NCBI GenBank assembly: GCA_965140785.1
Contig: OZ223497.1
Location: 160,001-224,000, forward strand
Source of the DNA: an uncultured Ruficoccus sp.
Lineage (GTDB): Bacteria > Verrucomicrobiota > Verrucomicrobiia > Opitutales > Cerasicoccaceae
Direction: 5' to 3'
DNA: 64,000 nt
Shown here: in pieces, positions 50,094-60,755 of the stretch
Numbering within the stretch: position 1 is the stretch's first letter
Layout: the number at the start of each line of letters is the position of its first letter
The notes under the pieces: model-generated
Told to the model about the DNA's origin: nothing
The model's database searches: none
Seen by the model: only the letters and a program-made list of their open reading frames with translations
Position numbers and translations under genes: made by a program

Positions 50094-51626
50094 CTATTGG
50101 GCGCTCCATGCATCCGTGCGAAAAGGTGCGGCGGGAAGCCCGCTTTCGTCGAACAGGATCGGGTGCGGCCCGGCACGCCAGGCATAGCGCAGGGCGACCG
50201 GTTCAGCAACCTCGGCGCTGCTCACCCGTATGCGGTTTCCCTGGAGGCTGGCCTGGGCGGGGTGAAAGACATGGTCCGCCCCAGCCAGTTCGAAGGCTCC
50301 CCACGTATCCGGTGAGTCCAGTAGCACGAGGTTTCCCTCACTGGCGACCTGCACGAGCATGGCGTCGCCATCCGGTGTGGCCGCGATAATCCGCGGGCCA
50401 TGTGAGCGGATGTCCTCTCCGAATATATCCGCGCGGATCACCCGCAGGGCGCGGTCGGCGAAGGCTTGCTTGTTAGTGGGATGAACTTCCGTTCCGTCGC
50501 AGAGGTCGATCGTGACGACAAGCGAAGTGTGCGAAGTGTCTTCAACGGTACGGGCCTGTCCCTCGCGCAGAACGGGCCAGCGGCTGGTATCGTCCGTCCC
50601 GAAGGGAGGAAGCTGGACAATGATAAAGGGCAAGTTTTCGTTCCGGGCGCGCTGGCGCCAGCCATGGATCAAGCCGCGCAACAAAGCGGCATACTCCTGG
50701 GGGTATTGCCAGTTCGATTCTCCCTGATACCAGATGACGGCGCGCACGGCATATTCCAGCACCGGATAGGCCATGCCGTTGTACAAGCTGAAGGGCATGC
50801 GGATGCTCCCGGGCTCTCCGTCGGGCTTGCGCGGCTGTTTGTTCTTAAAAGGGACCCCGGTTTGTTCGGCTTCGGCCTTGGCCTGTTTCCATGCCGCCAA
50901 TTCCTGGTTGTAGGCTTCCGCCTTTTGCGGATAGGCCGCCGCCGCGCGGTCCCAGCGCTCCGTCACCACCGCGAGCGAATCGTCCGTGGCCAGTCCCTCC
51001 GGACTGATCCAGGATTCGATGCGGGTGCCGCCCTTGGTGCAGTTGATCAGTCCCTGGGGGATGTGGTTCTCGTTAAAAAGCTCGCGCGCGAAAAAGTAAC
51101 CGATGGCGGTGAACCGCTCCACTGTGTCCGGGCTGCAAACCACCCACTTCCCCTTCGGCTCATACTGGGGCGTGCTGCTGGGCCGGGGGATGACCTTGAA
51201 GTGGCGAATCTGAGTGAAGTCCGCGGTCGCTTTCTCCTGCTCAAGATTATCCGCCAGGCGTACGGGGCGCTCCATGTTCGACTGACCGGCGCAGAGCCAG
51301 ACGTCTCCCACCAGAATGTCGTGGCTGGTCACCGAGCCCTGGTCACTGCTGATGACGAGTTCGCCCGAGTCGCCGGCCTTCATCGCGGGCAGCGTCACGC
51401 GCCAGTGGCCGTGCGCATCGGTCGTAGCCTGGACCGAGCTGTCGCCGAAAGTGACCCGGACCACCTCCCCGGGGTCGGCGCTGCCCCAGACCGGGACCGG
51501 GCAGTTGCGCTGGAGGACGGCATGATCTCCGAATAGGCTGGACGGTTCGGGCTTGGCCGAGGATGAACACATCGAAGCCAGGAGGCCGAGCATGATCAGT
51601 GACGAAACTTTGGACAATGGACGCAA
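50094..51626 (-). CDS. Sialate O-acetylesterase family (SGNH) carbohydrate esterase
   Basis: GDVWLCAGQSNM, GGTRIESW, IWYQGESN, VHPTNK, LPAAPFRTD. Confidence 0.9.
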   Translation of the reverse strand: MRPLSKVSSLIMLGLLASMCSSSAKPEPSSLFGDHAVLQRNCPVPVWGSADPGEVVRVTFGDSSVQATTDAHGHWRVTLPAMKAGDSGELVISSDQGSVTSHDILVGDVWLCAGQSNMERPVRLADNLEQEKATADFTQIRHFKVIPRPSSTPQYEPKGKWVVCSPDTVERFTAIGYFFARELFNENHIPQGLINCTKGGTRIESWISPEGLATDDSLAVVTERWDRAAAAYPQKAEAYNQELAAWKQAKAEAEQTGVPFKNKQPRKPDGEPGSIRMPFSLYNGMAYPVLEYAVRAVIWYQGESNWQYPQEYAALLRGLIHGWRQRARNENLPFIIVQLPPFGTDDTSRWPVLREGQARTVEDTSHTSLVVTIDLCDGTEVHPTNKQAFADRALRVIRADIFGEDIRSHGPRIIAATPDGDAMLVQVASEGNLVLLDSPDTWGAFELAGADHVFHPAQASLQGNRIRVSSAEVAEPVALRYAWRAGPHPILFDESGLPAAPFRTDAWSAQ

Positions 51627-51731
51627 GGGTTTAGAGGTTACGGGAATAACGATAGATACGGGGTGAATAGATCAAAGGCGGGATAAATATTATTCTTCGA
51701 GAAAGGCTGTTCGGTTTCCAATCATTCCGGG

Positions 51732-51745
51732 CTTATCACGATGAG
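51732..51745. promoter_or_regulatory. Putative LacI operator B, site 3 (CTTATCACGATGAG)
   Basis: Upstream of the esterase/GH71 unit; shares a 19-nt identity (CTTATCACGATGAGCTGGA) with site 4. Confidence 0.72.
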
Positions 51746-51788
51746 CTGGATGGAGGGTTTTCTCTGCGAAACCTCATGCGCCCCGCCT

Positions 51789-52517
51789 TTATTGCGTTCG
51801 GGCCGCTACGGGTTTGAATATATATTCGGGGATGACAAACATGGAGAGACCGTTGTCGTCCGGCATGGAGGGGACCGGTGTGGCGGTGGTGTCCTGAATG
51901 ATCATGAAGTAGCGATAGCGGGGCCTTAAAAGCATGTTTGTCGAAAACTTGACCCGGTTGTCCGAGTCGCGGAACCCGGCCACCTGGATGTTCGTATGGG
52001 CTCCTTGATTCTGGAGCTTGGGGACGGCGACTTCACCCGGACTGAGCAGAAACATTTCGTCCTCGATCTTGATCCCGATCTTGTAGGGGACGAAGCTACA
52101 GAGGACCATGCTGCCGACGGGGTAGTCCTCGCGGCTGTCGTTGATCGCCTTGAGGTAGTAAGCGTTTTCTCCTTTCGGGGTGACGACGACCAGGTTGCTG
52201 TCGGACTTGAGCCCGGAAGCGGCCAGATTTGCCACGGGCAGGTAAGGCGGGGCACCGGGCTCGGTGCTTTCATTTTTGCGATACAGCGTCAGGTCTTTGC
52301 CCGAAGCCAGCGTATAGTATTTTGACGGTTTTCCAAATGCGATGGAGGCGGGGACCATTTCGCTGTCCGCCTGGCAGTAGAGCCTATCGATCGCCGCTGG
52401 CCAACCAATGAGCCGGTACTGGCCGCCGTGTAGAGCGACGGTAAGAGCCAGATAGAGGCCGGTGAAAAAAAGGCGTCGTTGCACGGCGTATTTGCGGGGG
52501 TTAAACATCGTTTTCAT
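51789..52517 (-). CDS. Hypothetical exported protein coupled to the PilX-like gene
   Basis: Signal-like N-terminus; start overlaps the upstream gene's 3' end. Confidence 0.7.
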   Translation of the reverse strand: MKTMFNPRKYAVQRRLFFTGLYLALTVALHGGQYRLIGWPAAIDRLYCQADSEMVPASIAFGKPSKYYTLASGKDLTLYRKNESTEPGAPPYLPVANLAASGLKSDSNLVVVTPKGENAYYLKAINDSREDYPVGSMVLCSFVPYKIGIKIEDEMFLLSPGEVAVPKLQNQGAHTNIQVAGFRDSDNRVKFSTNMLLRPRYRYFMIIQDTTATPVPSMPDDNGLSMFVIPEYIFKPVAARTQ

Positions 52518-55500
52518 TCAGCCAGCGGAAATGGATCACACGGAAGCGGCGGCCCGCGGAAGGGGCGGCGGAGTCGATCCCGACCGGGGTCCGCTGAACG
52601 ATGGCTTCGCACCAGGTGCGGCTCTCGACCTTGCCGGTTACGGGGTTCACGGCATCGCCGTAGCAGCGGATGGTGAAGGTGTCCGAGCGCACCGTCAGCA
52701 GCGGGGCGAGGGCGGTCAGAATGTCTGTCTGCGACAGAAAGCCCGGGGCATCGGTAGAGAAGTACCCTTGGCTGTTTTCGCGGTACTGCGGTGCCAGCAC
52801 ACTCCAGGTTGACGTGACCACCTGGCGCTGTGCTCCGGAGTCGATAATGCCGAGCGGGTCTTCCACATTGCCATCAAAGGCCGGGGTCACGGCGGAGCCC
52901 AGGCTTTCCTGGAAATCCGCCTGCCGCAGGTCTTCGTTGATGTCGGGCAGGCCGTCCTCATTGACATCCACATGGTCGATGGCCGCCTGCAGGGTGCCTT
53001 TCAATCGGGTGTCATGCTGATCGACAAGGACGCGTAGCCGTGCATTGCCGCTCGGAGCCGGGTCCGGGTTTGGCTCCGGGTCCTCGTCTGTCAGGGTGCG
53101 GTTGACAAAGCTGGCCAGCGAGGGGAAGGGGCCGCGCAACTTTACCTGCTCGACGATTTCCTCGGCCAGAGCATCGAGCTGCGCATCGCTCAGGCTACGG
53201 AAGCCGCTCCACATGCGCGGGATGTTGCTGGTGTCGGTGTTGTCACCGATGTCCCCGCTGCGGTAGTCCTGAAAGGCCCAGTGGGTGATTCGCGGGAAGG
53301 CGTTGTCGAGCTTTTCCCCGGCCCCGTCCGGATCGTCGATGATGTCCGACAGGCCGCCCAGGAGTGCGCGCCAGGCATTGACCGAAGTCGAGTTAACATT
53401 GAAGGCCCCGTCCACGGCGAGGTAGCCGGCCGCCTCATCCCGCTCAAGAATGGCATCGACTTGAAGCGGCTCATTTACATCCAGAAACAGAGGGACGATA
53501 CGCGCGTTGGCAAACGGTTCTGACCAGTCCGTCGTGCCGGCGGGGATGGACGAGAAAAAGTACTGGTCCCAGAGCGCTTCGTTCACCCGGTAGGTGTAGT
53601 CGGCCTCATCCAGGGGCATGAAAGAGTTGGACCAGGAGTTGCCGATGACATAACTCGGGATCGTGTAATCCTGCGGGTTGTCGTTGGACCCGAGGTAGAG
53701 GGTGTTGCGCAGGTTCGCGTGGCGCAGGTCGCCGAGAGAAAAAATGCTTTCGCGGGGAACCGAGAACAGTACGACTTCATGCTCGCCGTCTTCATTGACG
53801 GAACGCCCGGCAAAGGCGGCATCTTCGTCACCGGGATCGTAGGTGATGCTGTTGGAGCCCATCGCGCCATTGACAAATGCGCCGCTGAGCCAGTTGCCGC
53901 CACCGTTCCAGAGCGTATAGGCAATATTCTCATCGCCGGGAGTTTTTAGGGCCCGGTAATTGAAATCCGCCAGCAGCCGCCAGCCATACCCGCCGGAGCT
54001 TCGCGGCAACAGGGTGCGCACACCGCCGATTCGGGCGCCGATGTGAGTTTCCGGAATCGTATCCCGAATTTGAGAGCCACTGGTGACTGTCCCTGAGCCC
54101 ATATGCGTGATGCCCCCAATATAAGCTTCCCCGCCATCGGGCGTGACTGCATACACATTTAAGGACACGTCGCCGCCACTGTCTATACCCATGGAGTAAG
54201 GAACGGGATTCGCCGGGTCCGTTTCATCAATCAAATCTTCCCGCTTATAAATGCCGTCCGGGTAGGTGAAATGAGCGGGCGAATTCGCGTTGTCATTCTT
54301 GAAGTTCCGGGTCAGGGGAATCATGAGAAAGCCGTTGGACTCACGATAACCCGGCGCCATCACCTTGGCCTCGTCGGGCATGTCTGAGGCATGATAAAAT
54401 CCATCAAGCACGAAATCATCGTCGGCCTGCATGCTGAGGACTTTGACCTCGCCCGGCGCGAAACCGACGGGCTCCTTTGTCATGTAGCGAACATAGCGTG
54501 TATTCGTGCCCGTTGCGTCCGATACGTTCTCCTCCACAAAGTACCGGTTGACGCTGTTGTCCTTGCTCAATCTGAACCGCAAATGGTTTTTGGACTGTTC
54601 GGGCAGGTTGTTGCTTTCGAAGATATAATTGGTGGGGGCGAGAGCGACGTCGTACGGGTTATGCAGGACGACGGCGGTCCAGATGATGGCGTGCAGCTGA
54701 TAGTCGGTCGTAGCGGGGATCTGTTTGAAATAGAAGCCATAGGCCAGGTCGTCGGCGAGCAGAACCGGATAGACACCCTGGGTGGTGTCGGTCTGGCCGC
54801 GCACGCTGATGATGTTTCCGCTGACGGCATCCTTGAGCCCGTAGTAGGAGCTGAGCAGCTCCCAGCGGGGGGCGGGCTTGTCGTCACCGGAATCGTTGAA
54901 CACCTTTCCCGTCAAGGGCTGGTCGTCGAGGCCGCGGGTGAGGTCGGTTTTGAGCCCGCCCTGGAGCGCGTTCGTGAGGAGCCCGTCGGAGGTCAGGGTG
55001 TAATCGTGAAAACCGGTTTTAACGATGCCCGGCGTATCGGCGGCGTTTCGGTCGATCAGCTCCAGCAGGCCGCGGGAAGCGGCCCGGCTCAAGCTGCTGC
55101 GGTCCGCTTCGTCGTCATAGTCCAAGCCCAGGCCGTCCTCGAGGACCTCGGGGGCGATCTTCTGCACGGCGTGAAGCCGGTTGAAGGTGTCCTCGGCGCT
55201 CGGGTTGGCGGCCAGCTCGTCGGGCGATTCGATCATATTGAGCTTGGCCTTCACCCCCTCGTCACCGATCCAGTAGGCGTAGTGGCCGAAGACATCTCCG
55301 TCCCCGCCGGCGACCTCGACCTTTTGCGCGGTGATCGCGTAGGGGTTGTCATTGCCCGTGGTATTGTCGCTGTCGGCGGTGCTGTCTCCGACCAGGGTGA
55401 CCCTGTCTCCGGCCCATGCATGGGTATGCCAACCGGACATATTCGCCCCGCTTTCCTCGGGGGCTCCCGAGACCAGCCAGCCCAGGAAACGCATTTCGCC

Positions 55501-55902
55501 GGTGCCGTTCGCGACGGGCTCATTGGACCATACGCCGGTCAGGTATTCTTTACCCTTGGCGGGGGCTCCCTGCGAATTACTCAGGTCGGTTAAGATGTCC
55601 GCGCGGGCTGTCGTGCGTTGGTCCGGTCCCGCCATCTTCTGTAACTCACCGATGGCGATATTGAGGGCGAGCAGTGCGTTTTGTTCGGATTGGCTTTTGT
55701 ACTGATGGTTCTGGGTGGTGGCGATCTCGACCTGAATCAGGGTGGAGATCCCGACGATCAGCAACATGACAAACGCCATGAGCGACAGCGCCAGGACCAG
55801 GGCGAATCCGGGCGACGGGCGCTTGGAAGCCCCGGGAGCGTCACCCGGCAGTAACCGGGGGTAGCGGGGCCGTTCATCACGAAGGGGTAAAGAGACTGTC
55901 AT
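52501..55902 (-). CDS. Large pilin-like (PilX / Verru_Chthon cassette A-like) protein
   Basis: GFALVLALSLMAFVMLL class III-like signal, GELQKMAGPDQR, AYWIGDEGVKAK, RGPFPSLASFVNR, VRSDTFTIRCYG, GRRFRVIHFRW. Confidence 0.75.
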   Translation of the reverse strand: MTVSLPLRDERPRYPRLLPGDAPGASKRPSPGFALVLALSLMAFVMLLIVGISTLIQVEIATTQNHQYKSQSEQNALLALNIAIGELQKMAGPDQRTTARADILTDLSNSQGAPAKGKEYLTGVWSNEPVANGTGEMRFLGWLVSGAPEESGANMSGWHTHAWAGDRVTLVGDSTADSDNTTGNDNPYAITAQKVEVAGGDGDVFGHYAYWIGDEGVKAKLNMIESPDELAANPSAEDTFNRLHAVQKIAPEVLEDGLGLDYDDEADRSSLSRAASRGLLELIDRNAADTPGIVKTGFHDYTLTSDGLLTNALQGGLKTDLTRGLDDQPLTGKVFNDSGDDKPAPRWELLSSYYGLKDAVSGNIISVRGQTDTTQGVYPVLLADDLAYGFYFKQIPATTDYQLHAIIWTAVVLHNPYDVALAPTNYIFESNNLPEQSKNHLRFRLSKDNSVNRYFVEENVSDATGTNTRYVRYMTKEPVGFAPGEVKVLSMQADDDFVLDGFYHASDMPDEAKVMAPGYRESNGFLMIPLTRNFKNDNANSPAHFTYPDGIYKREDLIDETDPANPVPYSMGIDSGGDVSLNVYAVTPDGGEAYIGGITHMGSGTVTSGSQIRDTIPETHIGARIGGVRTLLPRSSGGYGWRLLADFNYRALKTPGDENIAYTLWNGGGNWLSGAFVNGAMGSNSITYDPGDEDAAFAGRSVNEDGEHEVVLFSVPRESIFSLGDLRHANLRNTLYLGSNDNPQDYTIPSYVIGNSWSNSFMPLDEADYTYRVNEALWDQYFFSSIPAGTTDWSEPFANARIVPLFLDVNEPLQVDAILERDEAAGYLAVDGAFNVNSTSVNAWRALLGGLSDIIDDPDGAGEKLDNAFPRITHWAFQDYRSGDIGDNTDTSNIPRMWSGFRSLSDAQLDALAEEIVEQVKLRGPFPSLASFVNRTLTDEDPEPNPDPAPSGNARLRVLVDQHDTRLKGTLQAAIDHVDVNEDGLPDINEDLRQADFQESLGSAVTPAFDGNVEDPLGIIDSGAQRQVVTSTWSVLAPQYRENSQGYFSTDAPGFLSQTDILTALAPLLTVRSDTFTIRCYGDAVNPVTGKVESRTWCEAIVQRTPVGIDSAAPSAGRRFRVIHFRWLNENDV

Positions 55903-56026
55903 GTCTGTGGGGTAGGGAAGTCTGTGCTCCTTTGCAGGCCATGGTGGGTTATGTCAAACCTCGCTTGAGCGGATAAGATTAACCCATTGATAGAGCGATA
56001 CCGGATAAAAGACAAACCGGGCCTGA

Positions 56027-56040
56027 CTTATCACGATGAG
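56027..56040. promoter_or_regulatory. Putative LacI operator B, site 4 (CTTATCACGATGAG)
   Basis: About 125 nt upstream of the PilX-like gene. Confidence 0.72.
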
Positions 56041-56073
56041 CTGGAGGGTTAAGTCAGAGCAATTCTCTTACGC

Positions 56074-57282
56074 CTACCGTGTATTCACCGGGGCGAGAGC
56101 CTTGCGGAGCGTTTCGACTCCGGCTTGCAGCATGTCGTCCACGGCATGCAGGGTTCGGGTGACGAGTTCCCGGCTGGCCTCGGGCTCCATGATCTGCCGC
56201 ATGGCCGCGTCAGCGACCGCGTCGGCATCGACCTCGTCAATTTCCAGGATGCAGGACTCCAAGCCGATGTCTCGCCACATCTGGCCCTTGATCGAGTCGG
56301 TCGGTTGGCGCAGGTAAATCACAGGCACGCCCTGCCGCAGAGCCAGGATAGGCGAGTGGCATTCAAAGCTGACCAGGCTTCGGGCCTGCGCATAGACGGC
56401 GGTGGCTTCGTCCGGTAGCCAGTAACGACGTCGTACGTGGACGCGTGCCTTCACATCGTCAGGCAACGGATCGTAGAGTAGGGCGTCCATGATATCGACC
56501 TGGTAGGTCATCTCCGGGCACAGGAGCACGTCCAGTCCAGTTTCGCGGACGATGCGGATGATGGCGGCGCGCATTTTGCCGTGGTCCTGTTCTGCGTATG
56601 TGTCATTAACGGCATCGCGTCGGCGATGCTCGTCGTTTACATCAAAGCCGTGTATCTGGTGGTAAGGCGTGTAGCGCAGGCGTGGAACCATGCAGACAAA
56701 GCCACCGGGCCGCAGGCCGGTCTCCCGCAGGTAGGCGGATGCCTTGGCATCGTCCCGCAGGTCACAGGCAAAAGTGGCGTCCGGGCAGAACGCGACTTCG
56801 GGGCCCACAATGCCAGCCTCTTTTACATGCTGGATGGAAGTCGAATCTCGGGTCAGCAGAAACTGAGCAGGATTGGCGGCCTCGATGTGCTCCGGGCGTG
56901 GCCGCTCCGCCGTTATGCCGAAAAAGCCGTAGGGCTTGTCCGTCATGCGGTGCCAGGCGGACGCTTCCCGGTAGGCGCAAAACCCCGGTCCCGACCCATG
57001 CAGGAATAAATCCGCTTGCTCCCAGGCGGCTTTTACCTCTTGGGAAACCGGGCACCCCTCCGCATCCGCGTCCCCTTGCACAATTCGAAGGTCCGGGAAA
57101 TAGTGGCGCAGCAGCTCATCGGCTCCCCTGCCGAGGTTGCGGGGCCACAGGACCACCTCGGCTTCCGGATAAAACCGGGCCAGGGTACGCAGTAAACCGG
57201 GGGTGTGCGCGATGTCTCCGATATTGACCGACTGCCAGGAGGAACGCAAAAGCAGCACGGGCGGTCTGTTCTTTTTAATCAT
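56074..57282 (-). CDS. Polysaccharide pyruvyl transferase family protein
   Basis: NIGDIAH, HGSGP, TRDSTS, CPDATF and ECHSPILA motifs. Confidence 0.78.
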   Translation of the reverse strand: MIKKNRPPVLLLRSSWQSVNIGDIAHTPGLLRTLARFYPEAEVVLWPRNLGRGADELLRHYFPDLRIVQGDADAEGCPVSQEVKAAWEQADLFLHGSGPGFCAYREASAWHRMTDKPYGFFGITAERPRPEHIEAANPAQFLLTRDSTSIQHVKEAGIVGPEVAFCPDATFACDLRDDAKASAYLRETGLRPGGFVCMVPRLRYTPYHQIHGFDVNDEHRRRDAVNDTYAEQDHGKMRAAIIRIVRETGLDVLLCPEMTYQVDIMDALLYDPLPDDVKARVHVRRRYWLPDEATAVYAQARSLVSFECHSPILALRQGVPVIYLRQPTDSIKGQMWRDIGLESCILEIDEVDADAVADAAMRQIMEPEASRELVTRTLHAVDDMLQAGVETLRKALAPVNTR

Positions 57283-57401
57283 TAGCTCGCTTGTTTTTAG
57301 CTCTCGAGAAGGGTGGAGAGGGCATAGCTACCGCAGGACCACGCTACCGGCTTCGGTAGGCGCCGCCTGAATGATGCAGTCTTTACTGGGTTATAATATG
57401 C

Positions 57402-58232
57402 CTATTTACCCGAGCCGCTGACGGCACGCCGCCGACGGTAATAGAGACATGCGATCAAGGCAGCCATGCCCCCCCAAATTGAAAAAGCCGATATTTCCGG
57501 GATGCTCTGCGTCCCCAGGTCATCCAGGCCCCACAGCGGAGCGTTCAGGGTTTCTGCGGTAAAGCTAATTTCCACATAGGCGATAGCGCTGCCGGCTGAT
57601 TGGTAGCCCGTGTAGCCCACGCGGCTCTCCGTGCTGTCCAACACCTGTGTACTCAGGAGGGAATCGCTGGCATCATAATAAGCGATGGTGACTCCGCCGG
57701 TTGCGTCGGTATTAGGATAACGGCCTGTCAGCGTAAAACCAAGTGCCTGCGTTCCGCCCCCGAGGGTAAACGTATCGGAATCGCTGTCGTAAGATCCCAG
57801 GTCGATGCGGTACGTAGCCGACGATGAGGTGTTTGAAGCGACACGGAACGAACCACCCTCCGATGAGCGAAAAGATGAGTTGTTGATATAGACGCTATCC
57901 GCGGGGATGCTGCCGGAATCGGCGGTGAGGCTGATCCGGATGTCCGGTCGGGTCTCGTCCGAAAAGGCGAAGATATAGGCGTCCGAGGTGCTCAGGTTGT
58001 TTCCGTTAAGTGCGGAGTAGTTCTGAATGGACGCAAAGCCGTCCAACCCGACGAGCGTGCTGGCGCTGGTGGCATTCGTAGCGGTGATGGCGGTATTTCC
58101 TCCCAGCGTCGGAAGCTCAATCGCATTGCTGCCGGAGGTGAGGCTGGTGTCCGTGACGACCACATTGACCGCCTGTGCCCAAGGCATGAGGCCCAGGCAG
58201 GAGGCTACATATAAGAGTTGTAATTTCTTCAT
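57402..58232 (-). CDS. PEP-CTERM-like protein
   Basis: Signal peptide, Ser/Thr-rich body, IPEI + TM + RRRR. Confidence 0.82.
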   Translation of the reverse strand: MKKLQLLYVASCLGLMPWAQAVNVVVTDTSLTSGSNAIELPTLGGNTAITATNATSASTLVGLDGFASIQNYSALNGNNLSTSDAYIFAFSDETRPDIRISLTADSGSIPADSVYINNSSFRSSEGGSFRVASNTSSSATYRIDLGSYDSDSDTFTLGGGTQALGFTLTGRYPNTDATGGVTIAYYDASDSLLSTQVLDSTESRVGYTGYQSAGSAIAYVEISFTAETLNAPLWGLDDLGTQSIPEISAFSIWGGMAALIACLYYRRRRAVSGSGK

Positions 58233-58358
58233 AAGGGGAGGGGTTGGAATTATGATTTTGCAGCATTGGCGCTACGCTTGTAATCTTTCTAAATCCTCGT
58301 TAATAAACAAGGCTCAAGGAAGTTCACCCTGGCCCTTTGTGTATTCAAAAAAGCTCAT

Positions 58359-59240
58359 TTGACTATGCCCGTAGCCTCACCAGCCCAATTGCCGCCGTAC
58401 GCGAGCGACCGTCCCCGCCTGCAGATCAACCTGCGCTGGGCCTATGCGGCGCGTATTCCTGAAGACCGCTCGAACACGCACACGGTCAGTGGCATCACTA
58501 CCTGGCATCTGAAGGAAGGCGCCGTTAGACTGCTGACTGTTGATGGAGAAGTAAAAGTCAGCGCCCCCGGTGTCATCGTGCTGGGGCCTGGAAAGCGTTC
58601 GCACCATTTCCAGGGCGGTACCCGGCTCAGTTCGATTAATTGTCAGATCCAGTCCGCGCACGGGCCCTACCTGAAAATACCCTCCCTGGTGCAGGTTCCG
58701 ACATCCTTTCACTTGGGCAACGCCATGGAAGTGGTGACCGACTGCATCAACCGGCATAAAACCAACCCGACAGAGCCCGAGCAGGGGCTGTTGCAAATAG
58801 AGATGCACGCGGTTATCGCGCAATGGGGCTACCGGCTGACTGAGGTCTTGTGCGCGTTGCTGGACAACCCCTTCGCCCTTCCCGTCAAGCACCCCGGTCT
58901 GGCCCGTGCGCTGGCCTGGCTGAATGAGCATCCGCGGGATCACACCATACGGGAGGGTGAATTGGCGCAAATAGCGGGCCTGAGCTTGAGCCATTTCAAA
59001 CGTCTCATCCAGGCGGAAACCAAGCAGTCGTTTCGCGACGTCATGCTCGAGCGTAAGCTCGACGCCTGCAATGATCTGCTACTGCGGACAAACCTCCCGA
59101 TCAAGCACATCGCCCGTGAGCTTGGCTTCAACAGCGCCTCGAACTTTGTCCGATGGTTTCAACATCACAGCAGTCAAACACCCGCCGCCTACCGTAAGCG
59201 TCATCGTGCCTGGGGTCAGTCAGTCGGGCTGCAGGGATAA
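58359..59240 (+). CDS. AraC-family transcriptional regulator
   Basis: LAQIAGLSLSHFKR..IKHIARELGFNSASNFVRWF..TPAAYR double HTH. Confidence 0.9.
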   Translation: MTMPVASPAQLPPYASDRPRLQINLRWAYAARIPEDRSNTHTVSGITTWHLKEGAVRLLTVDGEVKVSAPGVIVLGPGKRSHHFQGGTRLSSINCQIQSAHGPYLKIPSLVQVPTSFHLGNAMEVVTDCINRHKTNPTEPEQGLLQIEMHAVIAQWGYRLTEVLCALLDNPFALPVKHPGLARALAWLNEHPRDHTIREGELAQIAGLSLSHFKRLIQAETKQSFRDVMLERKLDACNDLLLRTNLPIKHIARELGFNSASNFVRWFQHHSSQTPAAYRKRHRAWGQSVGLQG

Positions 59241-60060
59241 ATGTGCGAACCGATTCACACCCCGCTGTTACGGCAGCAAACCATCGGAGGTAGATTTTCA
59301 AAAATGTGAAATCAGCCTTGTTCGAGGGCAGTAGGATCAAGCACGCACTCAAAAGGATAGTGCCCAGATCATTGCGCGCCCTTCGATTCGGGGGGCGGAG
59401 GAAGGTTTTGTTTCTTTGGGGACGCTTGGACTTCATCGCTGACGCTTCCGATAAAAGCGGCGCAAAAAAGAATGGCTAGTCGGTCGATAAATCCGTTGAG
59501 AACGGCTAAGAGTGTAGCGACAAATCCTCAGTAGCACATGGCGATACATCCGACACGCTTTGTCTGCATACGGATGGAGGCCGGCTCCGATTTTTCGCAG
59601 ATATTCAGAGGGTGGGTCATAGGGTGAAAGAATGCCCGCACGTATTCTTGTCGATGTTCGCGTTACTGCTTGAACGAAAAAGCAATGCCTAGGTACACCA
59701 ACGAACCGGCCAAAAATTTCCGAGGGTTAGAATCATGTAACGGTTGGTATCAATCCCCGTCATCATGTCTTCTAAGCCGAGCTTATGCGCCCACTCCGCC
59801 ACCGTCGGAATAGAGCCGAAGCTGTTGACGATGATGCTGCCGGCCGGGACGATCTTCTGGTTCATTCCGCCGATTGACGGCCCGGCTGCTCGACAAATCT
59901 GACGTGCTCGCCGTGCCCCTGTCGAATCCAGCCGAGGCCAGCATGGCAGTGCTGAGCGTCAAGCTCCTGCCCAATCCCTGGCAATGGAGGGGCAAGAGGA
60001 AACCCGCTGAGCCTATCTTCTCAACCTTCTACCATTCTCAATTGAGGGCGCGGTGTCTGC

Positions 60061-60696
60061 TTGCCATCGACACCCGACTTCGCCCATACTCGGGCCATGT
60101 GGGACGAGCGATACCAACAATCAGACTATGCCTACGGCTCGGAGGCGAACGATTTTCTCAAGGCCGAGTACGCACGCATACCGGCAGGCGGACGCGTCCT
60201 GTGCCTGGCCGAAGGGCAGGGGCGCAACGCGGTCTTTCTGGCCCGGCAGGGCTATGCGGTGACGGCGTTGGATCAGTCGCCCGTCGGCCTGCAACGAGCG
60301 CGTGAACTCGCCCGCGCGCGTGGCGTGTCTATCGAAACCATCGTGGCCGATCTGGCCGACTATGATCTTGGTCACGCGGCTTGGGACGGCATTGTCTCAA
60401 TCTTTGGCCACACGCCGCCGCCGGTTCGGCAGCGCGTGCACTGTGCCGTGCCGGAAGCGCTGAAAGCGGGCGGGGCTTACCTGCTTGAGTCTTACACGCC
60501 GCGCCAGCTCGACATGCCGGGCACCGGCGGCCCTCCACCCGAACGTTGCGACTGGCTCATGGAGTTGGCCGTCTTGCAGCAGGAGTTGGCGGGGTTGGAC
60601 TTCAGTATCGGGCGCGAAATCGACCGTACCGTCAACGAGGGACGCTACCACCATGGGCTCAGCGCCGTCGTCCAGGTCGTGGCGACAAAGGCTTGA
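60061..60696 (+). CDS. Class I SAM-dependent methyltransferase
   Basis: MWDERY, VLCLAEGQGRNAVFLA, ALKAGG; ATG alternative at 60097. Confidence 0.9.
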   Translation: MPSTPDFAHTRAMWDERYQQSDYAYGSEANDFLKAEYARIPAGGRVLCLAEGQGRNAVFLARQGYAVTALDQSPVGLQRARELARARGVSIETIVADLADYDLGHAAWDGIVSIFGHTPPPVRQRVHCAVPEALKAGGAYLLESYTPRQLDMPGTGGPPPERCDWLMELAVLQQELAGLDFSIGREIDRTVNEGRYHHGLSAVVQVVATKA

Positions 60697-60755
60697 ATAA
60701 ACTCCGGTTTTTGATAGTCTCTGGCATTACCTCGTTCACCCTTACGCCTGATCTC

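Noticed and set aside
59241..60060. About 800-nt region with a short minus-strand frame faintly like a transposase N-terminus
   Set aside because: No catalytic motif or terminal repeats visible; not supportable without a search.
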